In this document: positions 13,429 through 24,097 of the stretch, piece by piece
Position numbering within the stretch: the first letter of the stretch is position 1
How the letters are laid out: every line of letters starts with the position of its first letter
Origin: a virus
Lineage: Duplodnaviria > Caudoviricetes
Reading direction: 5' to 3' (one strand)
IMG/VR virus record: IMGVR_UViG_3300032373_000083
Coordinates: 1 to 29,403 of that record
DNA: 29,403 bases
Notes under the pieces: model-generated
Seen by the model: only the letters and a program-made list of their open reading frames with translations
The model's database searches: none
Told to the model about the DNA's origin: nothing
Position numbers and translations under genes: made by a program

Positions 13429-15363
13429 CTAACCCCCGCCTTCGAGGGCATCAAGCCGCTCACTTAGCTTATTGATTGCCGCAACAAACATGCCCTGCAT
13501 TTCCAAAGGTCGCAGAAAATGCCGGTCCTCGCCCTTGTCGTATTGGTAAACCGCAAAGTCCTCGATACCCGCTTCCGTCATCGCCGCCTTGACTTGCTGG
13601 GCAAACAAACCGGCGTGTGGCCTGCCGTGTGAAACGACACCCTCTGGAACATCGACTAGATATTTTTCCTCGTACTCAACCTCTCGCTCAACCGGAATAT
13701 ATTTCTCTGGATTGCCGGGGTCTGGCTCCATCGTCGTTTCGGTTCGCGTCGCTTTGCGGATAGCCTCTTTCGTGTGCGCCGGAATGACCGTATCTTTGAA
13801 CGAATACCAGTGCGCATCCAGCGCGCCGATGAAGCTCAACGCCTGATCCCCGTCAATCAAGCCAAGGTCATCTTTTCTGCGCTCGTCGGAAACCGTGACA
13901 GCGTTCTGAACGTAAAGGTTGTCCCATTCCAAACTTGTCGAACCCAAGTCCAACGACTCTGTTGCGGACGGAAGAAAATCTAACCCGGCCTTTATGTCCG
14001 TGGTCGAAATCATCAAGTCGTTTGCTGTGCCGACACCAAACCGCAGATCGACATTGTTTTGCGATTCGAACAAAACGTGCGCCCCACTCGCCGCTGTGCC
14101 AACCTTAAGGGCGCTAGACCCAACATGCTGAACCTCCCACGCCGTATCGCCAATGGCAGCCATCTTTGTAATGTACCAAGGGGATGCGCCGCGCGGCACA
14201 TGGACGGCGTTCTGAATCACTCGGTTCGTGGTATTCGTGGAATTGTCTGTGACGGTCGCAGCGGTCGCATTTTGCGCCCAGATCGTGTTATTTGTCGCGC
14301 TTGCACCAAATGTTATCGCCGTAACCGCATATTGCGCGCGAACCTCACAGCGAGTCGTGCTTGCGGCCAGAACAATTGACGTGGCGCTAAAATCGCCGCG
14401 CAGAACGTGCCCGCTGCCCGAAATTGTCAGCGCAGAAGGGTTAGATATCCGGCTGCCCTCGTCGATGTAGCAATAAATACTGTCTGCGTGGAAATCTATG
14501 CCCTGCGCCGAGCATCCAATGATGGACGTGACGCGAGCCGCATTGAGTTCCATTATCTTGTGACCGCCCGCGTGCAGCCCGATAAAGCGCCGTATGCCGT
14601 TGGTAGACAACTCCGTTGCAGGGCCAGAAATTGCGGGGTCAGTCGTCGTGGTGCAGCCAAACTCGCCACCAATCCAAGCGAAGTTAGTCCCGCCCGTTGC
14701 GCCTGCCCCGTCATCCTTGAAGTCCACGCACGGGCCGGCGCAATTGACGATCTCAAAATCTATAAACCGTTGGTTGTTCTTACCAACCGGGACGTTGACG
14801 CCGTTTCCGGTGTAGGTCGAGCCGTCGCCATTCATCTTGCCATTCATCAGTACCGCGTCGGTCCCGATGTCGAACATGTCACCGTTGAAGCCCTTGGTAA
14901 TTGTGCGCCCGGCAAAGTCTAAAGTGAACTCGTTGGGAATCGTTACCTTGTTCGCCAGCGTGAAATTGCGGGTTAGTCGAACATAAGCAGCCCCCGCCGC
15001 AATAGCAGATTCAAGCCTTTCAGTGTCGTTAGCTCCCGCGTACTGATCCAGTGATCCGATAACATCCGTCGATGACGTGTAATCGTTTACAGTCCATACC
15101 GTCGCGCCGTCCGCATCCTTGAGAACAAGGGTCAGCAATGCGCCTGACCAAAACACGTTTGAGACAATGCCGGAGCCATTTGCAAAGAAGCCCTGCGTAT
15201 TTGCGACAAGCGGATTCGGGAGTGCTGTAGAAAGCCCCGTATCGCTGTATATCGCCACCTCGGTTGTGGTTCCGTTTGCGTAAAAATACAGGCTCGCATT
15301 CGGGACAACATTGCCGTTAAGGTCAATCGCTTGAAGCGTTGGATTCTTGAATGATGCACTCAT
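13429..15363 (-). CDS. Tailspike/tail fibre: virion-anchoring N-domain, beta-helix and C-terminal intramolecular chaperone (peptidase S74)
   Basis: NGNVVPNASLYFYANGTTT...NPLVAN anchor; GANDTERLESAI beta-helix start; SDERRK cleavage motif, GLFAQQV and a terminal coiled coil. Confidence 0.85.
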   Translation of the reverse strand: MSASFKNPTLQAIDLNGNVVPNASLYFYANGTTTEVAIYSDTGLSTALPNPLVANTQGFFANGSGIVSNVFWSGALLTLVLKDADGATVWTVNDYTSSTDVIGSLDQYAGANDTERLESAIAAGAAYVRLTRNFTLANKVTIPNEFTLDFAGRTITKGFNGDMFDIGTDAVLMNGKMNGDGSTYTGNGVNVPVGKNNQRFIDFEIVNCAGPCVDFKDDGAGATGGTNFAWIGGEFGCTTTTDPAISGPATELSTNGIRRFIGLHAGGHKIMELNAARVTSIIGCSAQGIDFHADSIYCYIDEGSRISNPSALTISGSGHVLRGDFSATSIVLAASTTRCEVRAQYAVTAITFGASATNNTIWAQNATAATVTDNSTNTTNRVIQNAVHVPRGASPWYITKMAAIGDTAWEVQHVGSSALKVGTAASGAHVLFESQNNVDLRFGVGTANDLMISTTDIKAGLDFLPSATESLDLGSTSLEWDNLYVQNAVTVSDERRKDDLGLIDGDQALSFIGALDAHWYSFKDTVIPAHTKEAIRKATRTETTMEPDPGNPEKYIPVEREVEYEEKYLVDVPEGVVSHGRPHAGLFAQQVKAAMTEAGIEDFAVYQYDKGEDRHFLRPLEMQGMFVAAINKLSERLDALEGGG

Positions 15364-17996
15364 GGTACAGCCCTCAAAGCGTTAGGATTGGAAAGGATGG
15401 ACGGCTCTGGCACATCAATAAGACCGCCCTCAATAAATGAGGCCAGATCGGCGCTCTCTTCCTGAGAAAACGCCACATCGTCAGCCAACCGGCCCATAAA
15501 ATTGATGCCGCGCAGCGTTGATTGCGGAACTCGCACCCCTGAACCAATCAAAAGATTGCGGCCAGCATTGGAAGTCAAAATGCGCCCAATCCACATGGTA
15601 GGCAAAAGGGCAAGGGCATCCCCGATTCCCCGTATGCTCGAAACCGATGTTGTACCTGACATAGCGCCGCCAATATCAGTCGTTGACTGCGATATAATCG
15701 AGTTGACCAACTCGACATTATTCAGCAGTGCCATATCTGCATCTGTAAGCAGGTCCGTCACACCGCGTGCGCGTGCGTTACTGATGGCCCGCGTCAAGCG
15801 TGCTTGATTTACGGCTTGTCCACGCGCGTTTGTGTCAACCACCCCGTTGATAATTGATTCAATCGCGGACGCCCGAACAGCTCTGCCCGGCGATGTTTCC
15901 GCCCAACTGTCAACACCTCGACGGTTGGCAAGGTCTGTAAGGCTATCAATAATTGCAGCCGTGCGCCGAGATGGGATGCTGCCTCGCAACAAGCCTTGTA
16001 TGAATGCGTCTGCGCTCTCCTGTGCGGCGGCAATTTGAGGAATATCCGTTTGCCTCAAACGCTCAATGGACCTTGCCGTGCGATTCACTGCATCCATCTC
16101 ATTGCGCGTAAGCATCATGCCAAGTGTGGACTCATTGCGGCCCTGATACTGTGCCAACCGCTCCGGCAGATTCATAACGTCCCTGAGAAGGTCCGCCTTG
16201 AAACCGTTTGTAATTTCTTGCCAAGCAGCAGCGCCTTGCTCCCCGCTGGAATCCAGAATGCGGCGAAGGTCGCGCACTTGGTCAACATTGCCCGGCTGCA
16301 AAAACCGCTCTGCCATTTGGTAAGGACGGTCGCTGCGAGCGATTTCAACAATCGTGCTTTGGTCAAGGTTGGAAAACCGCTGCGCCGCCGCCTCTTGTGC
16401 AGACCTCCAAGCGCGCAAAGCATCCGGCCCAACAGGATATGTGACACCATCAGCGCCAATTTGCGCTATCGGGCTGTCCATTGCCTCACCTAGAGCAGCA
16501 CGAAGCTGGTTTGCGGTCGCGGCAGGAAGGCGGACGCCCTCGACGCCCGGTTGTGACATATCGTGCAAAGCGCCGCGAAGCCTGAGCAAATCTTCAACGC
16601 CCATTTCGGCATGGTCAATCTCTCGCCAAGCAGCAATAAACCGTCTAAGGGGGGCCGTCCCTTCGGGGTCAACCTGAACCGGACTCCCGTCCCTCCCCGG
16701 CAAGGGGCGCAGTTGGTTTTGTTCGATGCGGTCGATAGCCTTATTAACCGCAGCCACATTAAAGCGGAAGTCCCCACCAGCGCGTGCAGCAGTATAGAGA
16801 GCGTCAACCGCCTCGCGTGATGTTGCTTCGTAGACCTCACGTCCAGCACGGATCGCCGCGCCGACTTCCTCCACAGGAATGTCCGTGACACCCAAAGATG
16901 CGCGCAAATCCCCCGCAAACGCCTGGTTCAATTCTTGCGTAGCGTCCATCAATTCCTGTCGCGCCGTTCCCGCCGTCGCGGGGTCGCTAATGCTTTCCAG
17001 TGCGTTGACAAGAACTTCGTTTTGTCGCTGCGCATAATTGTTGATGCGCGGCCAAATGCGAGAAGCAACAGACGATATACGCTTGATAATTTCGGCTGGA
17101 CCTTGGCGGACGACCTGTTGCGGCATAAGGCCGACACGCTCAGTTGACGCACCCAACCATGCAGGCGTGCGCGGAGCGCCCGGCAAATCTGCCAGCTCCC
17201 TCATTGCCTCAGCCGCTTCCATGCCCTGTTCCGAAACGCCCATTGGACCAGTTTGAACCATTCGGCCAATAATGGATTCCAGACCGAAGCCCGCTGCGCC
17301 GCCGAGACCGCCTGCAATGCCGCTGCCGACAACTTGTTGCGCTTGGCCTCCGATGTCTTGCGCCTGAACACCCTGAACGCTTTGCACGCCCTGTCGAACA
17401 GCCTCACCACCCGCACCGCCAACAGCACCAGCACCGACATACCTAAGCAGCTTTAGAACACCCGACAGTACTGCGCTGCCTCCCCTTGTGGCGATCAATG
17501 CCGCACTCTCTGCAGCAAGTTGTTCCGCCCCCGGCGCAAGAATGTTCGCTGCGCGGTTTCCCAACTCAAGCGTGCCTGCAGCGACCGTGTTTGGAATCAT
17601 CATAGCGCCATCAGATTCCTCCATTGGCTCAGCGAGGGTTTCAGCCATTGTCGGGCTGACAAAAGACACCGGATCATCCGGCGACCTGCGCCACGTTGGG
17701 CGACCTTCTGTCATAACGGACGCGGGATAATACTCGGCTTCTGGATACTCTCGACGAAGGCGCATTTGGCGCTCTGCATCATTGTCGGCGCGCGCCATGC
17801 TGATGCGAGAGGCATCCCCGCCATACTGAGGCAGGTAATCACGCGCAATGTTTTCTGCGGGGCGCTGGTTGCTTCCAGACAGCCCTTCAAGTATGCGCTC
17901 TGTCATTGCAGCCGCATCGCCCGTGTCTTCAGAAGCACTTTGCTGCTCCAAGATGCGGCGTGTCATTTCATCGGCGGATTGGTCCTGCACTGGCAT
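15360..17996 (-). CDS. Large internal virion/DNA ejection protein (gp16 position)
   Basis: 878 aa, Ala/Gly-rich and helical; last of the ejection cluster. Call is by position. Confidence 0.65.
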   Translation of the reverse strand: MPVQDQSADEMTRRILEQQSASEDTGDAAAMTERILEGLSGSNQRPAENIARDYLPQYGGDASRISMARADNDAERQMRLRREYPEAEYYPASVMTEGRPTWRRSPDDPVSFVSPTMAETLAEPMEESDGAMMIPNTVAAGTLELGNRAANILAPGAEQLAAESAALIATRGGSAVLSGVLKLLRYVGAGAVGGAGGEAVRQGVQSVQGVQAQDIGGQAQQVVGSGIAGGLGGAAGFGLESIIGRMVQTGPMGVSEQGMEAAEAMRELADLPGAPRTPAWLGASTERVGLMPQQVVRQGPAEIIKRISSVASRIWPRINNYAQRQNEVLVNALESISDPATAGTARQELMDATQELNQAFAGDLRASLGVTDIPVEEVGAAIRAGREVYEATSREAVDALYTAARAGGDFRFNVAAVNKAIDRIEQNQLRPLPGRDGSPVQVDPEGTAPLRRFIAAWREIDHAEMGVEDLLRLRGALHDMSQPGVEGVRLPAATANQLRAALGEAMDSPIAQIGADGVTYPVGPDALRAWRSAQEAAAQRFSNLDQSTIVEIARSDRPYQMAERFLQPGNVDQVRDLRRILDSSGEQGAAAWQEITNGFKADLLRDVMNLPERLAQYQGRNESTLGMMLTRNEMDAVNRTARSIERLRQTDIPQIAAAQESADAFIQGLLRGSIPSRRTAAIIDSLTDLANRRGVDSWAETSPGRAVRASAIESIINGVVDTNARGQAVNQARLTRAISNARARGVTDLLTDADMALLNNVELVNSIISQSTTDIGGAMSGTTSVSSIRGIGDALALLPTMWIGRILTSNAGRNLLIGSGVRVPQSTLRGINFMGRLADDVAFSQEESADLASFIEGGLIDVPEPSILSNPNALRAVP

Positions 17997-19351
17997 TATT
18001 CGGCCTCCGCAGCGCCAGCCATTTGAGCGCGTGTGATCTGCAAAGCAACTCTGATAGCCTCGGTAATTTGCTCTTCGCTAAAACCTGCCGCGCTCATTGG
18101 GCCGGTAATTCGCTCAGTAACAACTGTCGCATCAACTCCCCCATCTGCATTTATAAACGGATAGGGCATCGTCCCGCGAGAAAGCAACGCTTGACGGTTT
18201 GCGGTTGTAATTGCCAATGGATAAGACATGGCGAGCCCCTCCATAGCGCGCGTGCGAGTGGAAAGGTTTTCTGTGACGCCCACTATTTCGGCGGCAATCG
18301 CGCGCTCTTCTGCGGTAATCCGCCCCGACTCTTCCCCTGTGAACAAGGCAACAGACTGCGCCACATTAACCTGCGTTATGGCGCGCAACGCCGCTAAGTC
18401 GTCGGCTGTAGCGCCCGAAATAACCTGAGCGACATTTGACCCAGCATCCCGCCCCAAAACTTGCTCGACAACGCCCGCCGCTCCTCCGGCCAAACCGCCT
18501 AACCAACCAAAAGCACCCGTTGGTGAATTTGACACAGCGTCAGCGGCAAGCAAAATTGTCGATGCTTGGTCCTCGGCTGCGGCTCGCGCCTCAACCGCTC
18601 TGTCCCTAGCGCCCCGCCCCTCCATCGCTTGCCCGCCTGCAACCGCAGCGGCCAGATTGCTTACACCCCGCCCAAGAGCGCCAAGGCCGCTATCACTAAG
18701 CGGGGCTGTATTCCCGACCGGCGTTACCTGACCATTTGCCAGATTTACCTGATACGTTCCCCGTCCACCAGCAGGATAGCGCGGATCACCTCGCTCGATG
18801 CGCTCGTATCGTGCGGGCGTCTCTGTAGTCGCTGCGAACTGGCCCAACCGCTCTTGTGCCTCTTCAACAGAAATGTTCAAACGGCTTGCAACACCTTGCG
18901 CCACTATCCCAGCGTCCCGACCGGATGCAACCGCCTGCGCGCCATTCTGAAAGATTGTGTTCTCACGCTCTTGCTGAGCCTGTGTTTGACGTTGGCGCGC
19001 ATCAATAAAGCGAAAGGCGTTCGCCTGCTCTTCACGAGGAAGCTGCGCAGCCAACGATACCTGCTCTTCGTATGAGAGGGGCCGTGGAGCCGCTGGGGCT
19101 TCCTGTGCTGGCGGGATAGCACCGCCAACCCACCCACCGTCAAACGACGCCTGAAAGGGTTCTGATTGCTCGCTTTGAGGCCCTGTGCCGCCAACAAGCA
19201 GGTTCATAATCTCACCAGTACGGCGTGCCTGTGCCTGTGCAGCCGCTTGCTCCATTTGAGCCGCTTGCTGCGCCAAACGCCGATCCGAAGCATCGTTGAA
19301 CGCGCCGATAAAGGCGGGTCCAGGCTGTGCCATGATGGAAATACGAGACAT
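17996..19351 (-). CDS. Internal virion/DNA ejection protein (gp20 position)
   Basis: Start MSRISIM by TAATG overlap; Ala/Gln-rich. Confidence 0.65.
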   Translation of the reverse strand: MSRISIMAQPGPAFIGAFNDASDRRLAQQAAQMEQAAAQAQARRTGEIMNLLVGGTGPQSEQSEPFQASFDGGWVGGAIPPAQEAPAAPRPLSYEEQVSLAAQLPREEQANAFRFIDARQRQTQAQQERENTIFQNGAQAVASGRDAGIVAQGVASRLNISVEEAQERLGQFAATTETPARYERIERGDPRYPAGGRGTYQVNLANGQVTPVGNTAPLSDSGLGALGRGVSNLAAAVAGGQAMEGRGARDRAVEARAAAEDQASTILLAADAVSNSPTGAFGWLGGLAGGAAGVVEQVLGRDAGSNVAQVISGATADDLAALRAITQVNVAQSVALFTGEESGRITAEERAIAAEIVGVTENLSTRTRAMEGLAMSYPLAITTANRQALLSRGTMPYPFINADGGVDATVVTERITGPMSAAGFSEEQITEAIRVALQITRAQMAGAAEAE

Positions 19352-20073
19352 TAACCGAACATCTTCCCTAGCGAATTGCCAAGCCCACCCCAAGGGATAC
19401 CACCCAAGGCGTTGCCCCAAATCGAACCCTGCGCGTTAGCGCCTGCGCCGCTGATATTGCCGAGGTTAGCCGTCAAATCACCGCGCGCACCCATAAGCTG
19501 CCCCATCGTTCCAGCGCCCATTCCGGCAAATCCGCCGAAGTCTGTTGGCTGTGACAGGCCCGCGATACCAGCCATGCGATTGTAATAGTTGCCGTATTCA
19601 CCAGCCGCCAAGCCCTGTCCGTATTGCGTGATGTCGCGCAACTGGTTGCCAGACATAAGCATTCCGCGTGACGCTGCCGAGGAATCAAGGTTTCGAATGC
19701 CCTCATTCAAACGGAACTGGTAATCAGGCGATGTGAAGAAACGGTCAAACGCTTCCCGCTGCCGGTCATCGGTGAAGTTATAGCCCGGCCCGCCCATGCC
19801 ATTCGGGGTCATGTGTTCAGGAGGTTGACCGCCGCCCGTTTGAGGTTCGATACCCGGTTGCTGCGTTATTCCTTCGCCGCCGCCCGGTGTGCCGCCCGTC
19901 TGCACGTTGACACCCGGAGGAACACCCGTTTGCCCCGGTGGCTGCGTGCCGCCCGTTACAGGAGGATTTGTAGGCGTGCCGGTATAGCCGCCGCCAAACC
20001 TGTTGATGTTGGGGTCAATCTGGTCATACGGGCCTTCGCCGCGACCGCCGCGATAGTTTTCAAGATAGGGCAT
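19351..20073 (-). CDS. P22 gp7-like DNA transfer protein, C-terminal half
   Basis: SPDYQFRLNEG...SAASRGMLMSGNQLRDITQYGQGLA.GEYGNYYNR motif. Confidence 0.75.
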   Translation of the reverse strand: MPYLENYRGGRGEGPYDQIDPNINRFGGGYTGTPTNPPVTGGTQPPGQTGVPPGVNVQTGGTPGGGEGITQQPGIEPQTGGGQPPEHMTPNGMGGPGYNFTDDRQREAFDRFFTSPDYQFRLNEGIRNLDSSAASRGMLMSGNQLRDITQYGQGLAAGEYGNYYNRMAGIAGLSQPTDFGGFAGMGAGTMGQLMGARGDLTANLGNISGAGANAQGSIWGNALGGIPWGGLGNSLGKMFG

Positions 20074-20552
20074 TAGTATATCTGCCTCATAAGTCCGCCG
20101 TCAGGATTTCTTGGCCCAGCCCCCATATGCGGGTCAGCGTTTGCGTAAAAGCCGCCCGGTGGAACATAATTGGCAAGGAAGTTCGTGATATTATTGTTCC
20201 CGCCCGGCTGCGCGATACCTTGCGCGCCCGGTATATTGGTCGCAGGGTAGAAGTCAGCAGGCCCGCCCAAGCTGTCCGGTGTCGGGGCCGCGTAAATATC
20301 GCCAAGCCCGTACAAATCCGTGATCTGCTGCAAAGCCGAGTTCGAACCGCGTTGACGAGGGTAATTCGCCATCGCCATATTGTTCATCATCTCACGCTGG
20401 AAATCGAGATTCTGATTGGCAATACGCTCTTGAGCGGCATAGCCCTCACGCGAGATATTTGCTTGGTCGCGGGACGCGCTCTTCTGACTGTTGGACTGAA
20501 ACAATCCACCAAGAACAGAGCCCGCAATCGGGGCAAGAAGGTTCCAAATCAT
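20073..20552 (-). CDS. P22 gp7-like DNA transfer protein, N-terminal half
   Basis: IAGSVLGGLF.SNSQKSASRDQ...FQREM...P....GSNSALQQI..LYGL. Confidence 0.65.
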   Translation of the reverse strand: MIWNLLAPIAGSVLGGLFQSNSQKSASRDQANISREGYAAQERIANQNLDFQREMMNNMAMANYPRQRGSNSALQQITDLYGLGDIYAAPTPDSLGGPADFYPATNIPGAQGIAQPGGNNNITNFLANYVPPGGFYANADPHMGAGPRNPDGGLMRQIY

Positions 20553-21925
20553 TAGTAATCAACCTCGTTTATGCGCAACCCATCAAGCCTGAATAGTGTC
20601 GGGTCAGTAAAGCGAACTCGGAACACACGGCCCGGTGGGCGCAATGTGCCAAGTCTCGTCGTGAACATTCGTGTAGAAAACTCACCAACTCTGCCGGGAT
20701 AGAGGTTTCGGGCGTTGGTGTAGGACTTGCCGCCGTCATCACTCCAATCCAACAAGATGATTGGGTTTTCGCCTTGGCCTGCAATTAGGCCCGCGCCTCT
20801 GGCACCGTCCAAAACCACTGTATCACAAGAAATAGCACTTTGTGAAGGGACGAATACTGAAGCCTCCCTCGCAAGTATATTTCCATCTTCTGTGTAGACA
20901 GTTTTGCTTTGCGTATAGATGTTGCCATTATACCGAGAAGCTGCATAATGATTGCCCCCGCGAAACACATAGGCGTAGGGGATATAACCGTCAGTGTTGC
21001 GTGATCGGCGTTCGTGCCACTCACCTGTGCTGGTGTCAAAGACATAGGCGCTGTCAGGCTGGCTCACCAATACAAATTGATGACCGTCCTCAATGTAGAA
21101 GGACATGCGCGTATCTGCCGAGCCCATTTTCTCTGAAATCGCGGGCGTTGAGATTGGTGTTGCTTGGTATCCGTCAAGCCGATAGACTACTCGGTCCGCT
21201 CCGGTCCACACGATAGCCTGATTGACCAGCACAGCGGCTCTCGGCCCAATGCACCCCTTTTCGATAATTCCGCGCGTATCCCTTTGGAATGGCGCGTTGG
21301 CGTCTCCTGTCGAAACCCACACTTCCGTTGTGTTTGTTCCGAACAAGACGATTGCATTGCGCTGGGAAACCAGAGCGACCAGATCATCACCGCTGAACTC
21401 TGCCGTAGCAAAATTGAGCGAATCAAATGTTGTCGTCAGCACGTTCGACCAATAAAACCGCGACGAGTCATTTGGGACAACCACAAAGCGGCCATCAATG
21501 TACGCCGCCGAAACAAAATTAAGCGCCGCGTCAACCGTTTCCGTTGCGAATGTTGTCCCGTCATAGGAATAGACATTCCCGCCCGCGACCAGAATCATCT
21601 CGTCAATGGTAGAAAAGGCCGCAGACACCGCTTCAGTACCAGCAACCGACGCTGACACCGCCGTCACCACGCCAGCCTCGTTGATGCGTGACAGATTGGC
21701 ATCATGCACCACGAAAATGTCATTCCCGAACACGCCCTGCTGATAGAAGATACCCCGAATAGTTCCCGAAAGAGACTGGTAGGCTGTCAGGCCCGGTGTG
21801 GGGTTCAGCGTGTATTGGCGGTCTTTTTGGTTCGGTGCGGCTTCCGCGTACAGGTTCACAAGCCCCAGCGGCGGTGCGCCAAAGGTGGTGCGGACGTAGA
21901 AACCTGGGCCAAACCCAACGTACAT
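20552..21925 (-). CDS. P22 gp10-like head-closure/tail hub (packaged DNA stabilization) protein
   Basis: VNLYAE...TPGL, FATAEFSGDDLVA, FGTNTTEVW, IEKGC and WSDDGGKSY motifs. Confidence 0.88.
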   Translation of the reverse strand: MYVGFGPGFYVRTTFGAPPLGLVNLYAEAAPNQKDRQYTLNPTPGLTAYQSLSGTIRGIFYQQGVFGNDIFVVHDANLSRINEAGVVTAVSASVAGTEAVSAAFSTIDEMILVAGGNVYSYDGTTFATETVDAALNFVSAAYIDGRFVVVPNDSSRFYWSNVLTTTFDSLNFATAEFSGDDLVALVSQRNAIVLFGTNTTEVWVSTGDANAPFQRDTRGIIEKGCIGPRAAVLVNQAIVWTGADRVVYRLDGYQATPISTPAISEKMGSADTRMSFYIEDGHQFVLVSQPDSAYVFDTSTGEWHERRSRNTDGYIPYAYVFRGGNHYAASRYNGNIYTQSKTVYTEDGNILAREASVFVPSQSAISCDTVVLDGARGAGLIAGQGENPIILLDWSDDGGKSYTNARNLYPGRVGEFSTRMFTTRLGTLRPPGRVFRVRFTDPTLFRLDGLRINEVDY

Positions 21926-21926
21926 T

Positions 21927-22268
21927 TTAAGCGCCTGCCGGTTGAACGCGACGAGTCATGCTGACATAATAACGTGCGGCATCGACCGTACTGGCTTCAA
22001 GATACAATGTATCGCCCGCCTGCAAGGTGTGGTTAGACAGAGAGGGGGTGATATTGTCCGAGGCGGGAAGAACCAACGGCCCGAACAAAACATCATCAGC
22101 CGTGCTTCCGCCGACATAGACATTGACCTCACTGACCGAAGTGGTCGTCAGGTTGTTAATTGATACCTTGTTGACGCGCGCCACCCATCCTGTCGGGATC
22201 GTGGTGATGAGAACCGGCGTGGTAACACCAAGTTTCCCAGTGAATCGTTCGTCTCGAATGTTACTCAT
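21927..22268 (-). CDS. Small beta-rich virion-associated protein
   Basis: SD GGAG; lies in the neck module. Confidence 0.65.
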   Translation of the reverse strand: MSNIRDERFTGKLGVTTPVLITTIPTGWVARVNKVSINNLTTTSVSEVNVYVGGSTADDVLFGPLVLPASDNITPSLSNHTLQAGDTLYLEASTVDAARYYVSMTRRVQPAGA

Positions 22269-22277
22269 GTTTCGCTC

Positions 22278-23378
22278 CTAAGATGCTAACCGCGCCGTGA
22301 ATGTTGTGTCTGCGCTAAGGCTTACACCATCTGCTCCTGTTGGGGCCGATGTGATGTCAAGACACAATGCAAGTGTGACATTTTCTCCGTCAAACGTGCT
22401 TGCGTCTGTCCCAAAGTAATACCGTGCCGCTGTCGATGAATCAGCGCGGGCCGATTGCAGGTCGTTGGCGTTCTGTGTGACGATACCGCCCCCACCGGAT
22501 GAAAACGTGAGTCCCGCCGTTGCCCCCTGCCAAATCTGCACTCGCGCCGTTCCTGCCGAACTAGCGTCCGACTTGATGGCAATGTTGTCGCTCGCAGAAA
22601 CAATCGCATAAATAGACCATTGCGCCTGAACGGCGGCATCCGTCGCCGCAGCGTCTGAATCGGTATATTCGGTTTCCAGAATGAGAAATAAAGCCTCATC
22701 TGATAGGGACACTGACGGGAAATACACCTTGGCGACTACAGCGGGGTACGTGTCATCATACGTGTCGGCAGTAGCGTTCCCAGCCAAAACCTCTGTGTTT
22801 GTACGCCTTACGACCGTGCCGTTGTCATACCATTGTGTGCCGTTGTCAGAATCGACGTAAAACCGCTCCCTCGTTGGCGTAGGAGCGCCCGAATCCGTCT
22901 CAATAAGTGCAAACCCACCCGCAACAAGCTGCCGGTTGACCTCATCTTGAAACGCCAGGTTCCCCGTTCCGCCAATCGGCGCAAACTCTTCCCCACCAAC
23001 AAGAGAACCAAATGTTCCCAACTGGTCGCGGACCTCCGCAATCTGCGCGTCAACATTCGACAGCGAAGCCGTCTGCGTGGATTGCAGCGCGTTTATACGG
23101 CGGCGAAGGTCTTCCAGTTCAGCCAGTGAACCATCATCAGCGCCAAGGGACGCAATCAGCGCCTCAAGAGCATCGGCAACCGATTCAATGCGCGCCTCAA
23201 TGCTCGATATGCTGGCCGAGTCGTCAAAGCCTTCATCATTGTATTTGCCGGTGCGACTCCACACCCCGTCAAAAAACTCTCCCCAAGCGGTCGAAGGAAA
23301 GACAGGCTTCCCGTCAACATGGCCTAGCGGTTCATTGGCTAGAGGTATGGTGACATTGCGAGGGCGTACATTCGTCAT
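22278..23378 (-). CDS. Putative tail needle/fibre-like protein (gp26-like N-terminus, coiled coil, C-terminal beta domain)
   Basis: STAWGEFFDGVWSRTG followed by a heptad region. Function is inference. Confidence 0.55.
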   Translation of the reverse strand: MTNVRPRNVTIPLANEPLGHVDGKPVFPSTAWGEFFDGVWSRTGKYNDEGFDDSASISSIEARIESVADALEALIASLGADDGSLAELEDLRRRINALQSTQTASLSNVDAQIAEVRDQLGTFGSLVGGEEFAPIGGTGNLAFQDEVNRQLVAGGFALIETDSGAPTPTRERFYVDSDNGTQWYDNGTVVRRTNTEVLAGNATADTYDDTYPAVVAKVYFPSVSLSDEALFLILETEYTDSDAAATDAAVQAQWSIYAIVSASDNIAIKSDASSAGTARVQIWQGATAGLTFSSGGGGIVTQNANDLQSARADSSTAARYYFGTDASTFDGENVTLALCLDITSAPTGADGVSLSADTTFTARLAS

Positions 23379-24097
23379 CGACGCCCCCTGCGAGACGGCC
23401 TGATAAACGTGCTGACAGGCTCCACATCAAACGCAAGCGCGTCCTGAAGGGTCTGACGTGCCGTGGCCTGCAAACGCTGAATGGTGGTCACGTCCTGCGA
23501 ACGATAGGACGGGATAAGGCGCGCAGCCAAATTATACAAAAGCGGCTCATACCATTCCTGCGGGAAATCAGGCGTGTTCGAATTAACGTCGAAGTCCTCG
23601 ACCGTCCGCGTATAGGTGTATTTGACACTCCCGCCCGCGTCATCTTCCATCAAGGGCCATATCTGCAAATTGCCGGTCGCAAGCTGCGGATCGTAATAGA
23701 ACAGCGTCGGTGACGATTTTGTCGTCTTGTTCGGCAGTTCGTCATATTCTTCACGGCTGATCTGCGTCATCGTGCGCTCATTGCCTGTGCTGTCCACATA
23801 GCGCATATTCATAAACCGCAAGGGCCGATAGGTTTTGTCGCCGCCTGCGCCAAACGTATAGGGATTTGTGTCGTCGCCCTGATTGTTTACAAGTGTCAAC
23901 GAGCCGCGCGTCACCATCCACAGATTATGCCCCGACACCTGCCAGTGCTTAATCATCGAATTGAGAGCGCGAAGAGCCTGTGCCTGCATATCGGGCTGAA
24001 TCTGCTCGTCCGGCGCAATAACGGCGCACTCAATCAGGGCGTCCTTGATAAGAGTGCCTGCGGTAACGCTGTAATCTGTTGTGCCTGAAGTCGTCAT
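23375..24097 (-). CDS. Head-tail adaptor (P22 gp4-like)
   Basis: MTTSGTT...LIKDAL...ALRALNSMIKHWQ...DFPQEWYEPLLYNLAARL. Confidence 0.8.
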   Translation of the reverse strand: MTTSGTTDYSVTAGTLIKDALIECAVIAPDEQIQPDMQAQALRALNSMIKHWQVSGHNLWMVTRGSLTLVNNQGDDTNPYTFGAGGDKTYRPLRFMNMRYVDSTGNERTMTQISREEYDELPNKTTKSSPTLFYYDPQLATGNLQIWPLMEDDAGGSVKYTYTRTVEDFDVNSNTPDFPQEWYEPLLYNLAARLIPSYRSQDVTTIQRLQATARQTLQDALAFDVEPVSTFIRPSRRGRR

